DNA of 64,000 nucleotides from a plasmid: the sequence record NZ_CP069398.1, one strand, 5' to 3'. The notes beneath the pieces are model-generated. The model worked only from the letters and a program-made list of their open reading frames with translations. It was not told the origin of the DNA and did not search any database. Positions 30,803 through 41,690 of the stretch are shown in pieces. Every line of letters starts with the position of its first letter. Within the stretch, counting starts at the first letter, position 1. The position numbers and the translations under genes were made by a program.

Positions 30803-31006
30803 TTAGCTATCTATTCGTTTTAAAATTTTATGCTCTTCTTTTTCTGGAAAAGGTCTTACACCAAAGTAGTAACTAAAAACAAAAAAGATAACAACAATTA
30901 CGGCAAAAATGAGCAACTTTTTTGAATAACCTTTAGAGTCGCTTTTATTCTCAAGTTCTTCTTTATATTTTTGTTGAATTTGTTTTTTCTTGTCATCTAT
31001 TTTCAT
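30803..31006 (-). CDS. small single-pass membrane protein
   Basis: 67 aa, one TM. Confidence 0.3.
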   Translation of the reverse strand: MKIDDKKKQIQQKYKEELENKSDSKGYSKKLLIFAVIVVIFFVFSYYFGVRPFPEKEEHKILKRIDS

Positions 31007-31107
31007 ATTTACTCCTAGACATAGTTTTTATCTAATTTTACCATAAAAGCCTATATTAGGTTAACTGAAGCTGTATAGAGTATTCGTTCATTTTTTATGT
31101 TTTTGAT

Positions 31108-31308
31108 GTGATAAAATGTAATTATAAGGAAAAAGGAGATGGTGAAATGGAATTTATCATGACTTTATTTGTTTTTCTTTTTTTGCTTGCAATTAGTTCA
31201 ACATTAAATATACTTTTGAAAATGACAGATAAAAAGGATTGGATCATCTCTTTGCTATTAAGTATGGTTTTATCAATTACAATAGTTGCAGTTTTGGGGG
31301 CAACATAA
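31108..31308 (+). CDS. small two-TM membrane protein
   Basis: 66 aa; hydrophobic. Confidence 0.3.
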   Translation: MIKCNYKEKGDGEMEFIMTLFVFLFLLAISSTLNILLKMTDKKDWIISLLLSMVLSITIVAVLGAT

Positions 31309-31373
31309 AGATAAGAAGCCGTAGGAACTGCTTATTCCGACGGCTTTTTGTTTGATATTTATATATATTAGAT

Positions 31374-31685
31374 TTAACTAACTTCTACTTCCATGTAACG
31401 GATGCCAAAAAAGGTGTAATAGGTAACGCGATAATTTTCAATTGATTTTCCCTCTACGGTGTTCCACTGATGTCCATTTGATTTAGCTTGGTAACTTTGC
31501 ACCATAAATTTGTCCAATGGTCTAAGTGACCATTTTCGGAAATCTCCTTCAAGTTGTTCAACCTTTTTTTCTTCTTTTGGGGAACTTAAATCCTCTGCTT
31601 CATTACTTATTAATCGTGGTATACCCATAGCCAAAATAGTAATAATTCCAATGATAATGCTCCAATTCAACAAGTGTTTTTTCAT
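31374..31685 (-). CDS. small secreted/membrane-anchored protein
   Basis: N-terminal signal/TM; 103 aa. Confidence 0.4.
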   Translation of the reverse strand: MKKHLLNWSIIIGIITILAMGIPRLISNEAEDLSSPKEEKKVEQLEGDFRKWSLRPLDKFMVQSYQAKSNGHQWNTVEGKSIENYRVTYYTFFGIRYMEVEVS

Positions 31686-31919
31686 CTTGGATATTTCTCC
31701 CTTTTTATTTAATTATATTACATCTGTTGGTATATTACTGATGCATTATTCTAATTAAACTCGTAATCGTTGGTTGTTAAATTCCTTCCTGGAATTTCGA
31801 TTATGATAAATAGAATTGAATAACATATGCAACATTAAAATTCATTATTCAGGAGATTTATATAACATATACTGTAAAATATAGAGTGGAGAAGAATATG
31901 AAACTTCGAAAGGAGATTT

Positions 31920-32627
31920 ATGAATAATTTAAATGTGTTCTTTGCTTTTGGTGCTGGTTTTTTATCTTTTATTTCACCATGTTGTTTGCCTCTTTACCCA
32001 GCTTTTTTGTCTTATTTAACAGGCATATCAGTTGATGAACTAAAACATGAAAATAAAATGTTAAATCGTCGTGCCATCTTACATACGCTCTTTTTTATTG
32101 CAGGTTTTTCAATTATTTTTTTAGTTTTAGGCTTATCTACTACAATTATTGGTGTGCTATTCAAAGAATATGAAGTTTTAGTACGGCAATTAGGAGCAAT
32201 TTTGGTTATATTCTTTGGACTAGTAGTGACTGGAATATTCCAACCTAAATTTCTAATGAGAGACAAAAAAATTGTATTTAAAAATCGCCCAGCAGGTTAT
32301 GTAGGCTCTTTGTTCATTGGTATAGCTTATGCAGCTGGATGGACTCCTTGTGTGGGGCCTATTCTTGGTGCAGTCATGAGCTTAGGTCTTTATACAGGCG
32401 AAGGTTTTATCTATATGATTGCATACATACTTGGCTTTTCAATACCTTTTTTTATCTTATCTTTTTTTATAGGAAAATCTACTTGGATCAAAAAATATAG
32501 TCAAAAGATGATGGTGATCAGTGGATATATTATGATTCTTATGGGTTTTGTTCTGTACTTTGATTGGATGACAAAGATTACTTCTTATCTGACTACATAC
32601 GTATTTAAAGGCTTCCAAGGTTTTTAA
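31920..32627 (+). CDS. ccdA: cytochrome c-type biogenesis / thiol-disulfide transporter CcdA (DsbD family)
   Basis: Conserved Cys pair FISPCCLPL in first TM and second Cys in GWTPCVGP; 6 TM helices. Confidence 0.8.
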   Translation: MNNLNVFFAFGAGFLSFISPCCLPLYPAFLSYLTGISVDELKHENKMLNRRAILHTLFFIAGFSIIFLVLGLSTTIIGVLFKEYEVLVRQLGAILVIFFGLVVTGIFQPKFLMRDKKIVFKNRPAGYVGSLFIGIAYAAGWTPCVGPILGAVMSLGLYTGEGFIYMIAYILGFSIPFFILSFFIGKSTWIKKYSQKMMVISGYIMILMGFVLYFDWMTKITSYLTTYVFKGFQGF

Positions 32628-32983
32628 ACGATGGTATAAATACTTATAGCTATAACTGTTTGAACGACTGAAATCATACTTAATTGCATAATTGAGCTCT
32701 TTCGTTTCGTAATGTATGTATCGTATAAGATATTTACAATAAAGAAGCAGATAAGACCAAGAACCGTTTCAATTATGAACATATTTATCCCCCTCAGCTT
32801 AGCAAATAAAATTAAGATGGTTCTCTTTGATTTTACCATATTTAGGGTTTTATAGTTTGAAGAAAAAAACATTCTGTGAACTAAGGTTATATATGACATT
32901 CATGGTGAAAAAGCTCAATTATTTGATAAAATGGAAATATATTGATTTTAAAAGTAGGATAATGAATAGAGAGGAACATATCA

Positions 32984-33280
32984 ATGCTTGGGGATACTCT
33001 TACACTTTTTAGACCGGTTTATTATTTAATAACGCTTCTTTTAGTATGTAACTTCGTGTATGTAGTTTTTTTAAACAATAAAATTAAAGCAACTAGCTAT
33101 ATATTATTCAATTCTTTATTCTTTGTAATAATTGCAGTAACTTTATTGTTTCAAGAAGGGATAATTGTCGATGAAACAAACCTAGCAGGAGATCCATTAA
33201 CTTTTGATTTAACGATATTTTTTTGGGTTTTACTTATAGCTAGTTTCATTTTTAGAAATAGAAAGAAGAGAAAAGCTTAA
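32984..33280 (+). CDS. small integral membrane protein
   Basis: 98 aa, 3 TM. Confidence 0.3.
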   Translation: MLGDTLTLFRPVYYLITLLLVCNFVYVVFLNNKIKATSYILFNSLFFVIIAVTLLFQEGIIVDETNLAGDPLTFDLTIFFWVLLIASFIFRNRKKRKA

Positions 33281-33382
33281 AATTTCTTCTTCTTTCTATT
33301 GTTCCTGATAATACATTTTATATTAACTGACAGATAAATAAACGGTATAATTAACCATATATTTAGTTCTTGGAGGACCAAA

Positions 33383-33652
33383 TTGAAGAAACGTTTTAGT
33401 CAATACTCTTTGTGGTTATCGTTGCTTGGAATTGTTATTGGAGTGGGACAATATTTCACCTCAATATATAGCTCAAATATTCTTTATATAGGAGTCATTG
33501 TTTATCTTACCGGCTTTACATGTGGAGTAATAGCTTTTGGAAAAAACGAGAGAGGGCTAATGAAATACTTTGGTCTGACCTCTTTTGTCGTAATCCCACT
33601 ACTTATTATGTTAGGTCTGCTATTTTTCGCAATGAATTTTGGTGAAAGTTAA
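33383..33652 (+). CDS. small integral membrane protein
   Basis: 89 aa, 3 TM. Confidence 0.35.
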   Translation: MKKRFSQYSLWLSLLGIVIGVGQYFTSIYSSNILYIGVIVYLTGFTCGVIAFGKNERGLMKYFGLTSFVVIPLLIMLGLLFFAMNFGES

Positions 33653-33689
33653 AATAAGCGAGCATAGAATGCTCGCTTATTCGGTCTGC

Positions 33690-34202
33690 TTAATCAGCAC
33701 ATTTGTCCCAATTAAAAGGCTTCTGTTCAAGCTTATCTGCTTTTTTTTCATCCACTGTCATAACAACCCAGATGTTCCCCATTTTATTTAATACTTTCAA
33801 TACGTTACTTCCGTCAACTCTCTTATAAAGGAAATATCCTTTTGTTCCTTCTAAGCCATTCTCCAAAAATAATCTCATTGATCCAATGCTACCTCCGACA
33901 AATAAGTGTTGCAATGAGATCTGATCAGAGTGGTCATTCATGCTATCTCCTACTTTTAAATCTAATTCTCTGTTTGTAAACTCCTGAAACCCAGATAAAT
34001 TTAAGCTATAACTTTTAACGATATCTTTTAGCACCCTAGCATCAAGCTTTTTACGATACTTTTCAAACTCCTCGCTACAAGCTTTCTCAGGTCGATTTCT
34101 TTCTTCTGTTGAATTGGCAAATGCAGTTCCGTAATTTATTCCATAAGCGAAGATACCAATTATCAGCAGTAAAAGAGCTGCCCTTTTATTCATATATCTC
34201 AC
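33690..34202 (-). CDS. secreted hypothetical protein
   Basis: Signal peptide ending AFA; 170 aa. Confidence 0.45.
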   Translation of the reverse strand: MRYMNKRAALLLLIIGIFAYGINYGTAFANSTEERNRPEKACSEEFEKYRKKLDARVLKDIVKSYSLNLSGFQEFTNRELDLKVGDSMNDHSDQISLQHLFVGGSIGSMRLFLENGLEGTKGYFLYKRVDGSNVLKVLNKMGNIWVVMTVDEKKADKLEQKPFNWDKCAD

Positions 34203-34350
34203 CCTATATTCATATTTTGTTGTATTTTTGCCCAGTTAGGTTGTGACTATTCTTCAGGTTTCCTGAAGTAAATGCTGCTTTGATTCCACCATAATCATAA
34301 TAAATGTGTATTCAATAGGGGATAGTAACTAAAAAATGTGAGGAAATAAC

Positions 34351-34803
34351 ATGAAAAAACTTACTTTAGTTATAGTCTTGTCGTTTGTAGTACTTGCTTA
34401 TCCAAATCAAACCAATGCCAGTAAAATGCCTTGTAGTTTGATATTAGAACCTGTAGACAAACATTTAAAAAATGCAAAAGGAACAGCTCTAATTTACAAA
34501 GTACAATTGAACCCACCCAGTTTTGCTCGAACAAACATTAGTATTATGGCTGTTCATCTTCCTCACCCTTCAACTTATGGTGGATATGATCAATATGAAG
34601 GGTTTGCAACCATTCCAGGTTACATTAGTTGGCGTTTTAAATTATATTCTACACCTGAAGAAGATGACGTTACGTGGGCTGGGAAGTTTGATTGGATTAC
34701 AGAAGAGATGAAAAACGTCAAGATACAGGTGCGCCCTTCAAATTCTAAAACAGAAAAATTAGGATCACCAGTCCTACAAGGTACCCTTTCATCTTGTAAT
34801 TGA
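34351..34803 (+). CDS. secreted hypothetical protein
   Basis: Signal peptide ...TNAS; 150 aa. Confidence 0.45.
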   Translation: MKKLTLVIVLSFVVLAYPNQTNASKMPCSLILEPVDKHLKNAKGTALIYKVQLNPPSFARTNISIMAVHLPHPSTYGGYDQYEGFATIPGYISWRFKLYSTPEEDDVTWAGKFDWITEEMKNVKIQVRPSNSKTEKLGSPVLQGTLSSCN

Positions 34804-34876
34804 GCTAAATATCTCACTACTTGAAACTAATCGTTTAGTTTAATACATGCTCATTCAATATTTCTAAACTAGTGTT

Positions 34877-35458
34877 ATGGAGGTGATTAAAATGGAGAAA
34901 AAGATATACATTTGTTTATTTCTTGTTCTTGTAGGACTTGACTTTACATACAGTGAAAAGGCATTAGCTACCTTAGATAAGCCAGAACCGTATGAAGAAA
35001 GTTATCCGAAAATCGGTTATCAATCAGTAGATAATGCGTTATTGGCATTTGAGCGTCACTTTAAGAAAGACGTAATACTCCCCCTTAGAGTTCCATCTAT
35101 TCCCTTTACTCATTGCTTTGGGCGCTTTAGTGATTTGCAAGGTACGATTAATGACTCATTTGATTTAGAATGTGTTCATGATCAAATTCCAGAAAATCAT
35201 TATACAATTGAAGTTAGGCCTAGTAAGCATAAAATACAGTTTACGAATAAGCATATAAAAAAATCTTACATTCTTCCAGATGGACAATCTGCCCATTATA
35301 TAGAAAATTCAGGGTCCGAGATACTTGTTTTTGAAAAAGCTAATTGGCAGTATATGATTAGTATTGATAAAAGAGTCTCAAAACAAGTCTCTATCGAATC
35401 TCTTATTAAAATAGCTAATTCAATTGATTATTCAACCAAGAAGAAGAAATTACTATAG
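34877..35458 (+). CDS. secreted hypothetical protein
   Basis: N-terminal signal/TM; 193 aa. Confidence 0.45.
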   Translation: MEVIKMEKKIYICLFLVLVGLDFTYSEKALATLDKPEPYEESYPKIGYQSVDNALLAFERHFKKDVILPLRVPSIPFTHCFGRFSDLQGTINDSFDLECVHDQIPENHYTIEVRPSKHKIQFTNKHIKKSYILPDGQSAHYIENSGSEILVFEKANWQYMISIDKRVSKQVSIESLIKIANSIDYSTKKKKLL

Positions 35459-35492
35459 TGATGGGACTTTTTCGACTCAATGATTAGTAAAA

Positions 35493-35526
35493 AAGAAACC
35501 TTTGCCATATAGGCAAAGGTTTTTCA
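35493..35526 (+). terminator. rho-independent terminator
   Basis: CCTTTGCCATATAGGCAAAGG + T-run. Confidence 0.6.
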
Positions 35527-35992
35527 AATTTATTGGAATAGGGGGGAATACATTATTAGTCTGGCCAGATTTATAGATTCATATACATATATTCTTAAAA
35601 ATAAATATTTCGATTGAATCTGTTATTAGAAAATAACTTTATTTAAGTTATGTCGTTATTTAAGTAAATGCTAATTTATTTAATATATTATTAATGTTTT
35701 ACTATTTACACTTAATGACGACAAATACGCTGTTTTTCTACAAGGCGTGTAAATGGTATCACTATTTTTAATAAAGTATGTTTTGATTTACTTAACAATA
35801 TAGTGGAAAGTGAAACTAAACATAATCGACTTTGTATAAATTAGATTTTTATATCGTATTCATATGATCCTTTAAAACTTATTCAACTAAAGGCAGTTAG
35901 TCGAACAAGGATTCCTAAGTCCTCTGAAGAATATTCTTAATCTACAGTACATCAAGTGTAGAAATTTATGAAATAGCAGGAGGTAAAATAAA

Positions 35993-36352
35993 ATGAAAAC
36001 GAGACTTTTGCATGTGCGGGCAAATGTAAAGGAATTAGAAAGGGCTATAAAGTGGTATAAAGATGTTTTAGGGTTTACTGTAGGAGAAATGTGGCCTTCA
36101 GAACAGCCTAATTATGTACATTTTGAGCATGAAGGGGGAGCGATGTTTGCCATCATGGAACACGAAAATTATCCTTCATCTGGACGTTTTAACTTCTATG
36201 TTGAGGATGTGGATACACTTTGGAAGCAATTAAAAGATAAAGTAAATGTAATAGAAGAGTTGTTTTCTACACCATATGGTAGCAAAAAATTCACTATCCT
36301 TGATATAGATGGTAACGAATTAGGGTTTGTTCAAGATGAAACACTTTTATAA
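35993..36352 (+). CDS. VOC/glyoxalase-bleomycin resistance family protein
   Basis: 119 aa; N-terminal beta-alpha-beta-beta-beta module pattern (LHVRANV..LERAIKWYKDVLGF). Confidence 0.65.
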   Translation: MKTRLLHVRANVKELERAIKWYKDVLGFTVGEMWPSEQPNYVHFEHEGGAMFAIMEHENYPSSGRFNFYVEDVDTLWKQLKDKVNVIEELFSTPYGSKKFTILDIDGNELGFVQDETLL

Positions 36353-36456
36353 TTTGCTAATAGCAGCTTAAAGGGTCTCCCATTTTGAAGACCCTTTTTT
36401 AGTATCTATAATATTGATTATGTTAACTAAAGATGTTTAACGTATACACCATCAGA

Positions 36457-36828
36457 TTACTTCCATTCTAAGATTTCTAATCGGTTACCAAAAGGGTCGT
36501 CCATATAAAATCTTTCTGCCTCTGGAAGGTTATCATCTTCAATGAAATGTACGTTATTGGCTCTTAAATGTTCTTTTAATACGTTAATGTTTTCTACTTC
36601 GAATGCTGGATGTGCTTTTTTCGCTGGTGAAAATGGATTCTCTATTCCAATATGAACTTGATAGTTGGCAAATCCAAACCATACTCCTCCTCGTTTTTTA
36701 AGGTTTTCTGGTTTTTCTAATTCTTTAAATCCTAATATCTTAATAAAAAAATTTCTTGCTTCTTCTTCAGAACCTTGTGGAGCAGCTAATTGGATGTGAT
36801 CAATTGCTTTAAAAGTAAAAGACATCAA
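36457..36828 (-). CDS. VOC/glyoxalase family protein
   Basis: 123 aa; IDHIQLAAP...ARNFFIKILGF pattern. Confidence 0.65.
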   Translation of the reverse strand: MMSFTFKAIDHIQLAAPQGSEEEARNFFIKILGFKELEKPENLKKRGGVWFGFANYQVHIGIENPFSPAKKAHPAFEVENINVLKEHLRANNVHFIEDDNLPEAERFYMDDPFGNRLEILEWK

Positions 36829-36999
36829 ATTCCTCCTAAAATTAAGATGTTAGATAAGTCCTTCACCTTAATTTTATATATAATGTATATGTAAGAAAAT
36901 AACAGAAAACTTAAGGGGAATATAAGTTTATCTTATGCTTTCTGAGAAGGTTCATTATGTGAACTAACAAAAGGTTACTGTTAAAATAGGGGGCATTTA

Positions 37000-37485
37000 A
37001 TGAGAACAATTACTTTATCAAATGGAAAAACTTTTGAGGTTGAATGTCTAAGCTGTGCGATAACACAGGGTCTTATAAATCCGGATGGTGGGGTAATTAT
37101 TGAAACTGAATATTTCCATGCACATCAGGATGTGGCTTATCCAATCAAAGGACTTGTGATATTAGCTTCTAAGCGTCATGTAAAGTGCTTTGATGAATTG
37201 ACAGCAGGAGAAAAGATAGATTATATAGATGTTCTGACTAAAATAAGAAAAGCTCAGCGAGAAGTATTAGGGATAGAATATGTTTATTATTTTTACAATG
37301 AAGATACGACACATCATTTTCATACATGGATGGTTCCACGTTACGAATGGATGTACAAATTTGGGCGTTCAGTTGAGTCTGTAAGACCTGTATTGCTGCA
37401 TGCTAGAAATGAAATGAATGATGAGGAAAATGTTAAAGAAGTTATTCATGCTATTGAGCTTTTAACACAAGAATTAAATACATAA
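37000..37485 (+). CDS. HIT-family (histidine triad) hydrolase-like protein
   Basis: Histidine triad HHFHTWMVPR; 161 aa. Confidence 0.55.
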   Translation: MRTITLSNGKTFEVECLSCAITQGLINPDGGVIIETEYFHAHQDVAYPIKGLVILASKRHVKCFDELTAGEKIDYIDVLTKIRKAQREVLGIEYVYYFYNEDTTHHFHTWMVPRYEWMYKFGRSVESVRPVLLHARNEMNDEENVKEVIHAIELLTQELNT

Positions 37486-37630
37486 TTAGTGCCGATAATG
37501 TCTGTTATATTAACTAGAAAGTGACCCTTAGAATTATGTAGAATCTGACCCTACTATAGGTATTAGAAGTGCTTTAAGCTATATCTATATATATTAAAAA
37601 ATCGATTGTCGATGATTAGGGGGATAATAC

Positions 37631-38068
37631 ATGCTAGCTTCAACAGAGAGAATACTAGAGTTAACAACTCAAAATCAATTTTTAGAAGCATTTCCGGTAT
37701 TAAATCAATTACGCACAGATTTAACAGAGGGAAGTTATTTAGAACTTCTAACACAGATGAAACAAAATGGTTATAAACTCTTTGCCCTTTACAGAGAACA
37801 AAGTATTATAGCTGTGGCCGGAATAAGTCTACAAGTAAACTTTTATAACAAAAAGTATGTCTTTGTATACGATTTAATAACAGATGCTGCACATCGTTCT
37901 CAAGGTTATGGTTATAGGTTACTAAGTTATATAAATGAGTGGGCAAAGTCAAATGGAGCTAAATTCGTAGCTCTAGAGTCAGGGATTCAACGCATTGATG
38001 CCCATAGATTTTATGAGGAAAAATTAAATTATGATAAATGGTGCTATTCATTTCGTAAGCCATTATAG
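37631..38068 (+). CDS. GNAT family N-acetyltransferase
   Basis: Motif A region RSQGYGYRLLSYINEWA. Confidence 0.7.
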   Translation: MLASTERILELTTQNQFLEAFPVLNQLRTDLTEGSYLELLTQMKQNGYKLFALYREQSIIAVAGISLQVNFYNKKYVFVYDLITDAAHRSQGYGYRLLSYINEWAKSNGAKFVALESGIQRIDAHRFYEEKLNYDKWCYSFRKPL

Positions 38069-38113
38069 ATATTGAAAAAATGGAGTATAGTGAATTTATT
38101 TAGATAGGGAGGA

Positions 38114-38713
38114 TTGAATTTTATGGAGTTGATTGGTCAGAATGCAAAATTGAGATTGATGAGTACGAAAGATGTAGAAGTCCTCTATAATCTTGTGAAA
38201 AGGAACCCAGGATTATGGACATACATGGTAAGAAAAATGGATAGTGTGGAAGATATGGAGAAGTTAGTAGCAGAAGCATTAAAGAACTTAGATAAAGGTA
38301 TAGAATTACCCTTTGTAGTAATAGATAAAGTTAATAACGATATTATTGGAAGCACCCGTTTATATGATATGTCTTTCAGTCGTAAAACAGTGGAGTTAGG
38401 ATCAACCTTTTACGATAAATCTGTTCAAAGGACTAGTTTTAATACTGAGTGTAAATATTTATTGTTAAAGTATGCGTTTGAAGAATTAGGTATGATACGA
38501 GTTCAAATTAAAACGGATGCTGAAAATTTAGGGGCCCAGAGAGCGATCGAGCGTATTGGAGGAACCAAGGAAGGCATATTACGTAACGAAAGGCTGCTAT
38601 ATAATGGACGTGTTCGTGATGCAGTTCTGTATAGTATTACAAATAATGAGTGGGATACAGTGAAATCTAAACTGGAGGATCTTATAGCAAAACATTACGA
38701 TAAAGTAAAATAA
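38114..38713 (+). CDS. GNAT family N-acetyltransferase (RimL/RimJ-like)
   Basis: 199 aa; acetyl-CoA binding motif region LGAQRAIERIGGTKEG. Confidence 0.7.
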   Translation: MNFMELIGQNAKLRLMSTKDVEVLYNLVKRNPGLWTYMVRKMDSVEDMEKLVAEALKNLDKGIELPFVVIDKVNNDIIGSTRLYDMSFSRKTVELGSTFYDKSVQRTSFNTECKYLLLKYAFEELGMIRVQIKTDAENLGAQRAIERIGGTKEGILRNERLLYNGRVRDAVLYSITNNEWDTVKSKLEDLIAKHYDKVK

Positions 38714-38730
38714 GAATCATATTTAAGCTA

Positions 38731-38766
38731 AAACCCTTTTATTTTTATAAAAGGGTTTTTGTATTT
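38731..38766 (+). terminator. rho-independent terminator
   Basis: AAACCCTTTTATTTTTATAAAAGGGTTTTTG. Confidence 0.6.
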
Positions 38767-38805
38767 ATTTTGAACTATCAATATTCTGACTGATGTAAGC
38801 TAATA

Positions 38806-39396
38806 TTAGTTTGTAAGGCTAGTTTTATAATAAGGATAATCCATTTGTTTTTGAATCTTTTTAGCCGTTTCTGGCCCTTCAATTAATTCACAAATATATA
38901 ATCCAAGGTCTACTGATGTAGCAACTCCACCACCAGTAATAATATTAGAATCTTTAACAATCCGTTCTTTTTCTACTTTGTCTGTATATTGCTTTAATAA
39001 ATCAAATCCATTCGGGTGAGTAGTAGCTTTTATATTTGTTAGGAAGCCAGCTGCTCCTAATAGAAGTGATCCAGTACACACAGAAACTTTATAAGGAACA
39101 TCTTTTGCTGTTTTTAACCAATTAATGAATTCAGTATCATACTGCAAAGTTCTAGTGCCCATTCCACCTGGTATAAAGATTAAATCATATTCTGAGAGGT
39201 CTGGTGAAACCTTATTTATTTTAAATGTAATTCCTCGATCATCGTTTATTTCATTACTTAATGCGCAGAAATCCCATGTTAAATCCTCTTTAAATCCTAG
39301 TGTTTTTAATCGCGTAACTCCATCATAAAAACCAATAAAATCTAAAGCTGTTAATTGATCAAAAAGAATAAAACCAACTTTCATATTACATAACAC
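38806..39396 (-). CDS. DJ-1/PfpI family (class I glutamine amidotransferase-like) protein
   Basis: Nucleophile elbow SVCTGSLLLGAAG; 196 aa. Confidence 0.7.
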   Translation of the reverse strand: MLCNMKVGFILFDQLTALDFIGFYDGVTRLKTLGFKEDLTWDFCALSNEINDDRGITFKINKVSPDLSEYDLIFIPGGMGTRTLQYDTEFINWLKTAKDVPYKVSVCTGSLLLGAAGFLTNIKATTHPNGFDLLKQYTDKVEKERIVKDSNIITGGGVATSVDLGLYICELIEGPETAKKIQKQMDYPYYKTSLTN

Positions 39397-39502
39397 CGTC
39401 CTTAATATAGTTAACAGTGTAATTTAATTCTGTGTATTTTTCTAATGTCCTGCTATTTTCTGTAATTTGTCATATAATCAGGTCTTTTTGTATTTCATTA
39501 TT

Positions 39503-40066
39503 TTATGATAAGGACAGCCCTTGACCAAGGGGTTGTATAGATTTTAATACCGAATTTTTAACCTTTTTATTAATGAGCCTTTCTATAAACCAGCCGCACA
39601 GATCCTGTGCAGCCAGACAACCTGCAGCAGTGGCTATATTCTCATGAACTACAAAAGCTTCTTCTACTACATTGACTTTAAACTTCTCTAACGTCTTTTT
39701 TGCGGTTGGATAAGTAGTTGCTGTTTTTCCTTCCAATAAACCAAGGGCACCTAAAATAAGAGCACCCGAACACATAGAACCTATTAGTTGTCTTGATGGA
39801 TCTAGATTTATTTGTCTTAGATAATCTTCATTATGACAAAGCTTTCTTATTCCCGGACCACTTGCAAATAAAACTGCAGTTGCCTCGTTTAGCCTGTGAA
39901 CTTCTTTATGAACTGGAACTGTTAAGCCTGTCACTGAATGATGAAGGTCTTTTGTACCATAAATCTTAACAGTCCATTCTGGAAGCTTAACACGATTTAA
40001 TATATCCCAAGGTAAAAAAACATCAATATCAGTAAAATCATCAAAAGCCACAATACCTATTTCCAT
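39503..40066 (-). CDS. DJ-1/PfpI family protein
   Basis: Nucleophile elbow SMCSGALILGALG; 187 aa. Confidence 0.7.
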   Translation of the reverse strand: MEIGIVAFDDFTDIDVFLPWDILNRVKLPEWTVKIYGTKDLHHSVTGLTVPVHKEVHRLNEATAVLFASGPGIRKLCHNEDYLRQINLDPSRQLIGSMCSGALILGALGLLEGKTATTYPTAKKTLEKFKVNVVEEAFVVHENIATAAGCLAAQDLCGWFIERLINKKVKNSVLKSIQPLGQGLSLS

Positions 40067-40388
40067 TGAATAACCCCCTGTTTTCCTTATCTATAGGCTT
40101 AAAATAATAAATACATATTTACTCTATTAAATTGATAATCGTTGTAAAACAAAATTTAACATTTTCTCATTAAAAAAGTTCTTAAAGGTATAATTTTCTT
40201 TTTTTTATTTTTCACTTCCCCCCCTATAAACCCTTGATATTACTCAATTTATAGAGGGAGGGTTGTATATTCTATACACTTTTGTACTAGTGATTGATTT
40301 ATTGGAGTGATAATTATCAACATAACACTTTTTTCCTGTGATAGCATTAACTTGAGTGACTTTATAAATAAAATAAGGAGAGGTTAGA

Positions 40389-40799
40389 ATGGAAATTCGT
40401 TCAGTAGAGGGAGCAGATTATTACACAATATCTCCATTGATTAATGAGTGGTGGAACGGTAGACAAATGTCTGACATGTTGCCAAAACTATTTTTTGATC
40501 ATTTTCAAAATACAAGTTTTATTGCTGAGGAAAAAGGTGAAATTATAGGGTTTCTAATTGGTTTCTTATCTCAATCCCATATAAAGGAAGCATATATTCA
40601 TTTTGTAGGAGTTCATCCAGAATATAGAGGAAAGAAGATTGGAAAACAGTTATATAGTCATTTTTTTGATGTTATTAAACAAAATGGACGAAATACTATT
40701 CGATGTGTAACGTCTCCTGTTAATAAAACCTCAATTGCTTATCATACAAAATGTTTAATGCAAAATAAAAGTACAGAGTTCTGCGGGGAATTTATGTAG
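40389..40799 (+). CDS. GNAT family N-acetyltransferase
   Basis: FVGVHPEYRGKKIGKQLYSHF motif A. Confidence 0.6.
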   Translation: MEIRSVEGADYYTISPLINEWWNGRQMSDMLPKLFFDHFQNTSFIAEEKGEIIGFLIGFLSQSHIKEAYIHFVGVHPEYRGKKIGKQLYSHFFDVIKQNGRNTIRCVTSPVNKTSIAYHTKCLMQNKSTEFCGEFM

Positions 40800-40892
40800 A
40801 AGTCTAGGAGATAAAAAAAGGCTTGCAAGCTCTCTCACTAACCTCTACTGTTTTGATTGACGAGATCTTAACAGGTTGGGGGAAATGAAAGG

Positions 40893-41690
40893 ATGCTAGC
40901 AATGCCTGAAATAAATTATATCAAACATTTAAGGGAGAACGAAGACTTATCTCTGTCTGAGATTGCAAGAAAGACAGGTAAAGATTGGAGAACAGTAAAA
41001 AAGTATGCAGATGGAGACGTTCCCACAGGTAAAATTGGATATCGAAAAAGTGGAATGATGGTTGAGGACGGTTATGGTGAGATTATCGATGATTGGTTAG
41101 AAGAAGATCTAAAGGTAAAGAAAAAAGAAAGAAGAACCAACAAAGTTTTATTTGAACAACTACAGAAAGAACATGGGTTTCCAGGGTCTTATCGAACAGT
41201 ATGTGAATATATTCAGCATCAAAGACCGCAGGTTAAAGAGTTAAAGACTAAACGTTATGAGCGATTAGAACACCCTCCGGGTGAAGCCCAAGTGGATTTT
41301 GGAAACATGACAATCGTACAAAATGGAGCATATAAAGATATTAAGGCTCTTATTTTAAGTTTTCCGTACAGTAACGCAGCATTTGCATACCCATTACCGG
41401 CTGAAAATTCTGAGTGTTTTCTTGAAGGCCTAACCAGATTGTTTCATCAAGCTGGTGGTGTCCCAACACACCTTAGAATTGATAACTTAACTGCAGCCGT
41501 TGTGTCCATTGGAAAAAGTGGCAAAAGGATTTATACAGATGCTTTTTTAGGATTTCAATCTCATTATCGTTTCGAGATACAGGCTTGTAATCCAGCCAGT
41601 GGACACGAAAAAGGAAATGTAGAAAAGAAAGTCGGATATACAAGGGGTAGCAACAGCGTAGCTGTCATTACCCGCAATAAACTGTATTAA
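40893..41690 (+). pseudogene. IS21-family transposase IstA, N-terminal fragment truncated by Tn3-family transposon insertion
   Basis: HTH N-terminus (LSLSEIARKTGKDWRTVKKY) and IstA-like GHEKGNVEKKVGY; reading frame runs into transposon IR-L at 41644 and terminates; no istB follows. Confidence 0.6.
41644..41684. repeat. Tn3-family terminal inverted repeat (left)
   Basis: Starts GGGG; matches right end in inverted orientation. Confidence 0.8.
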
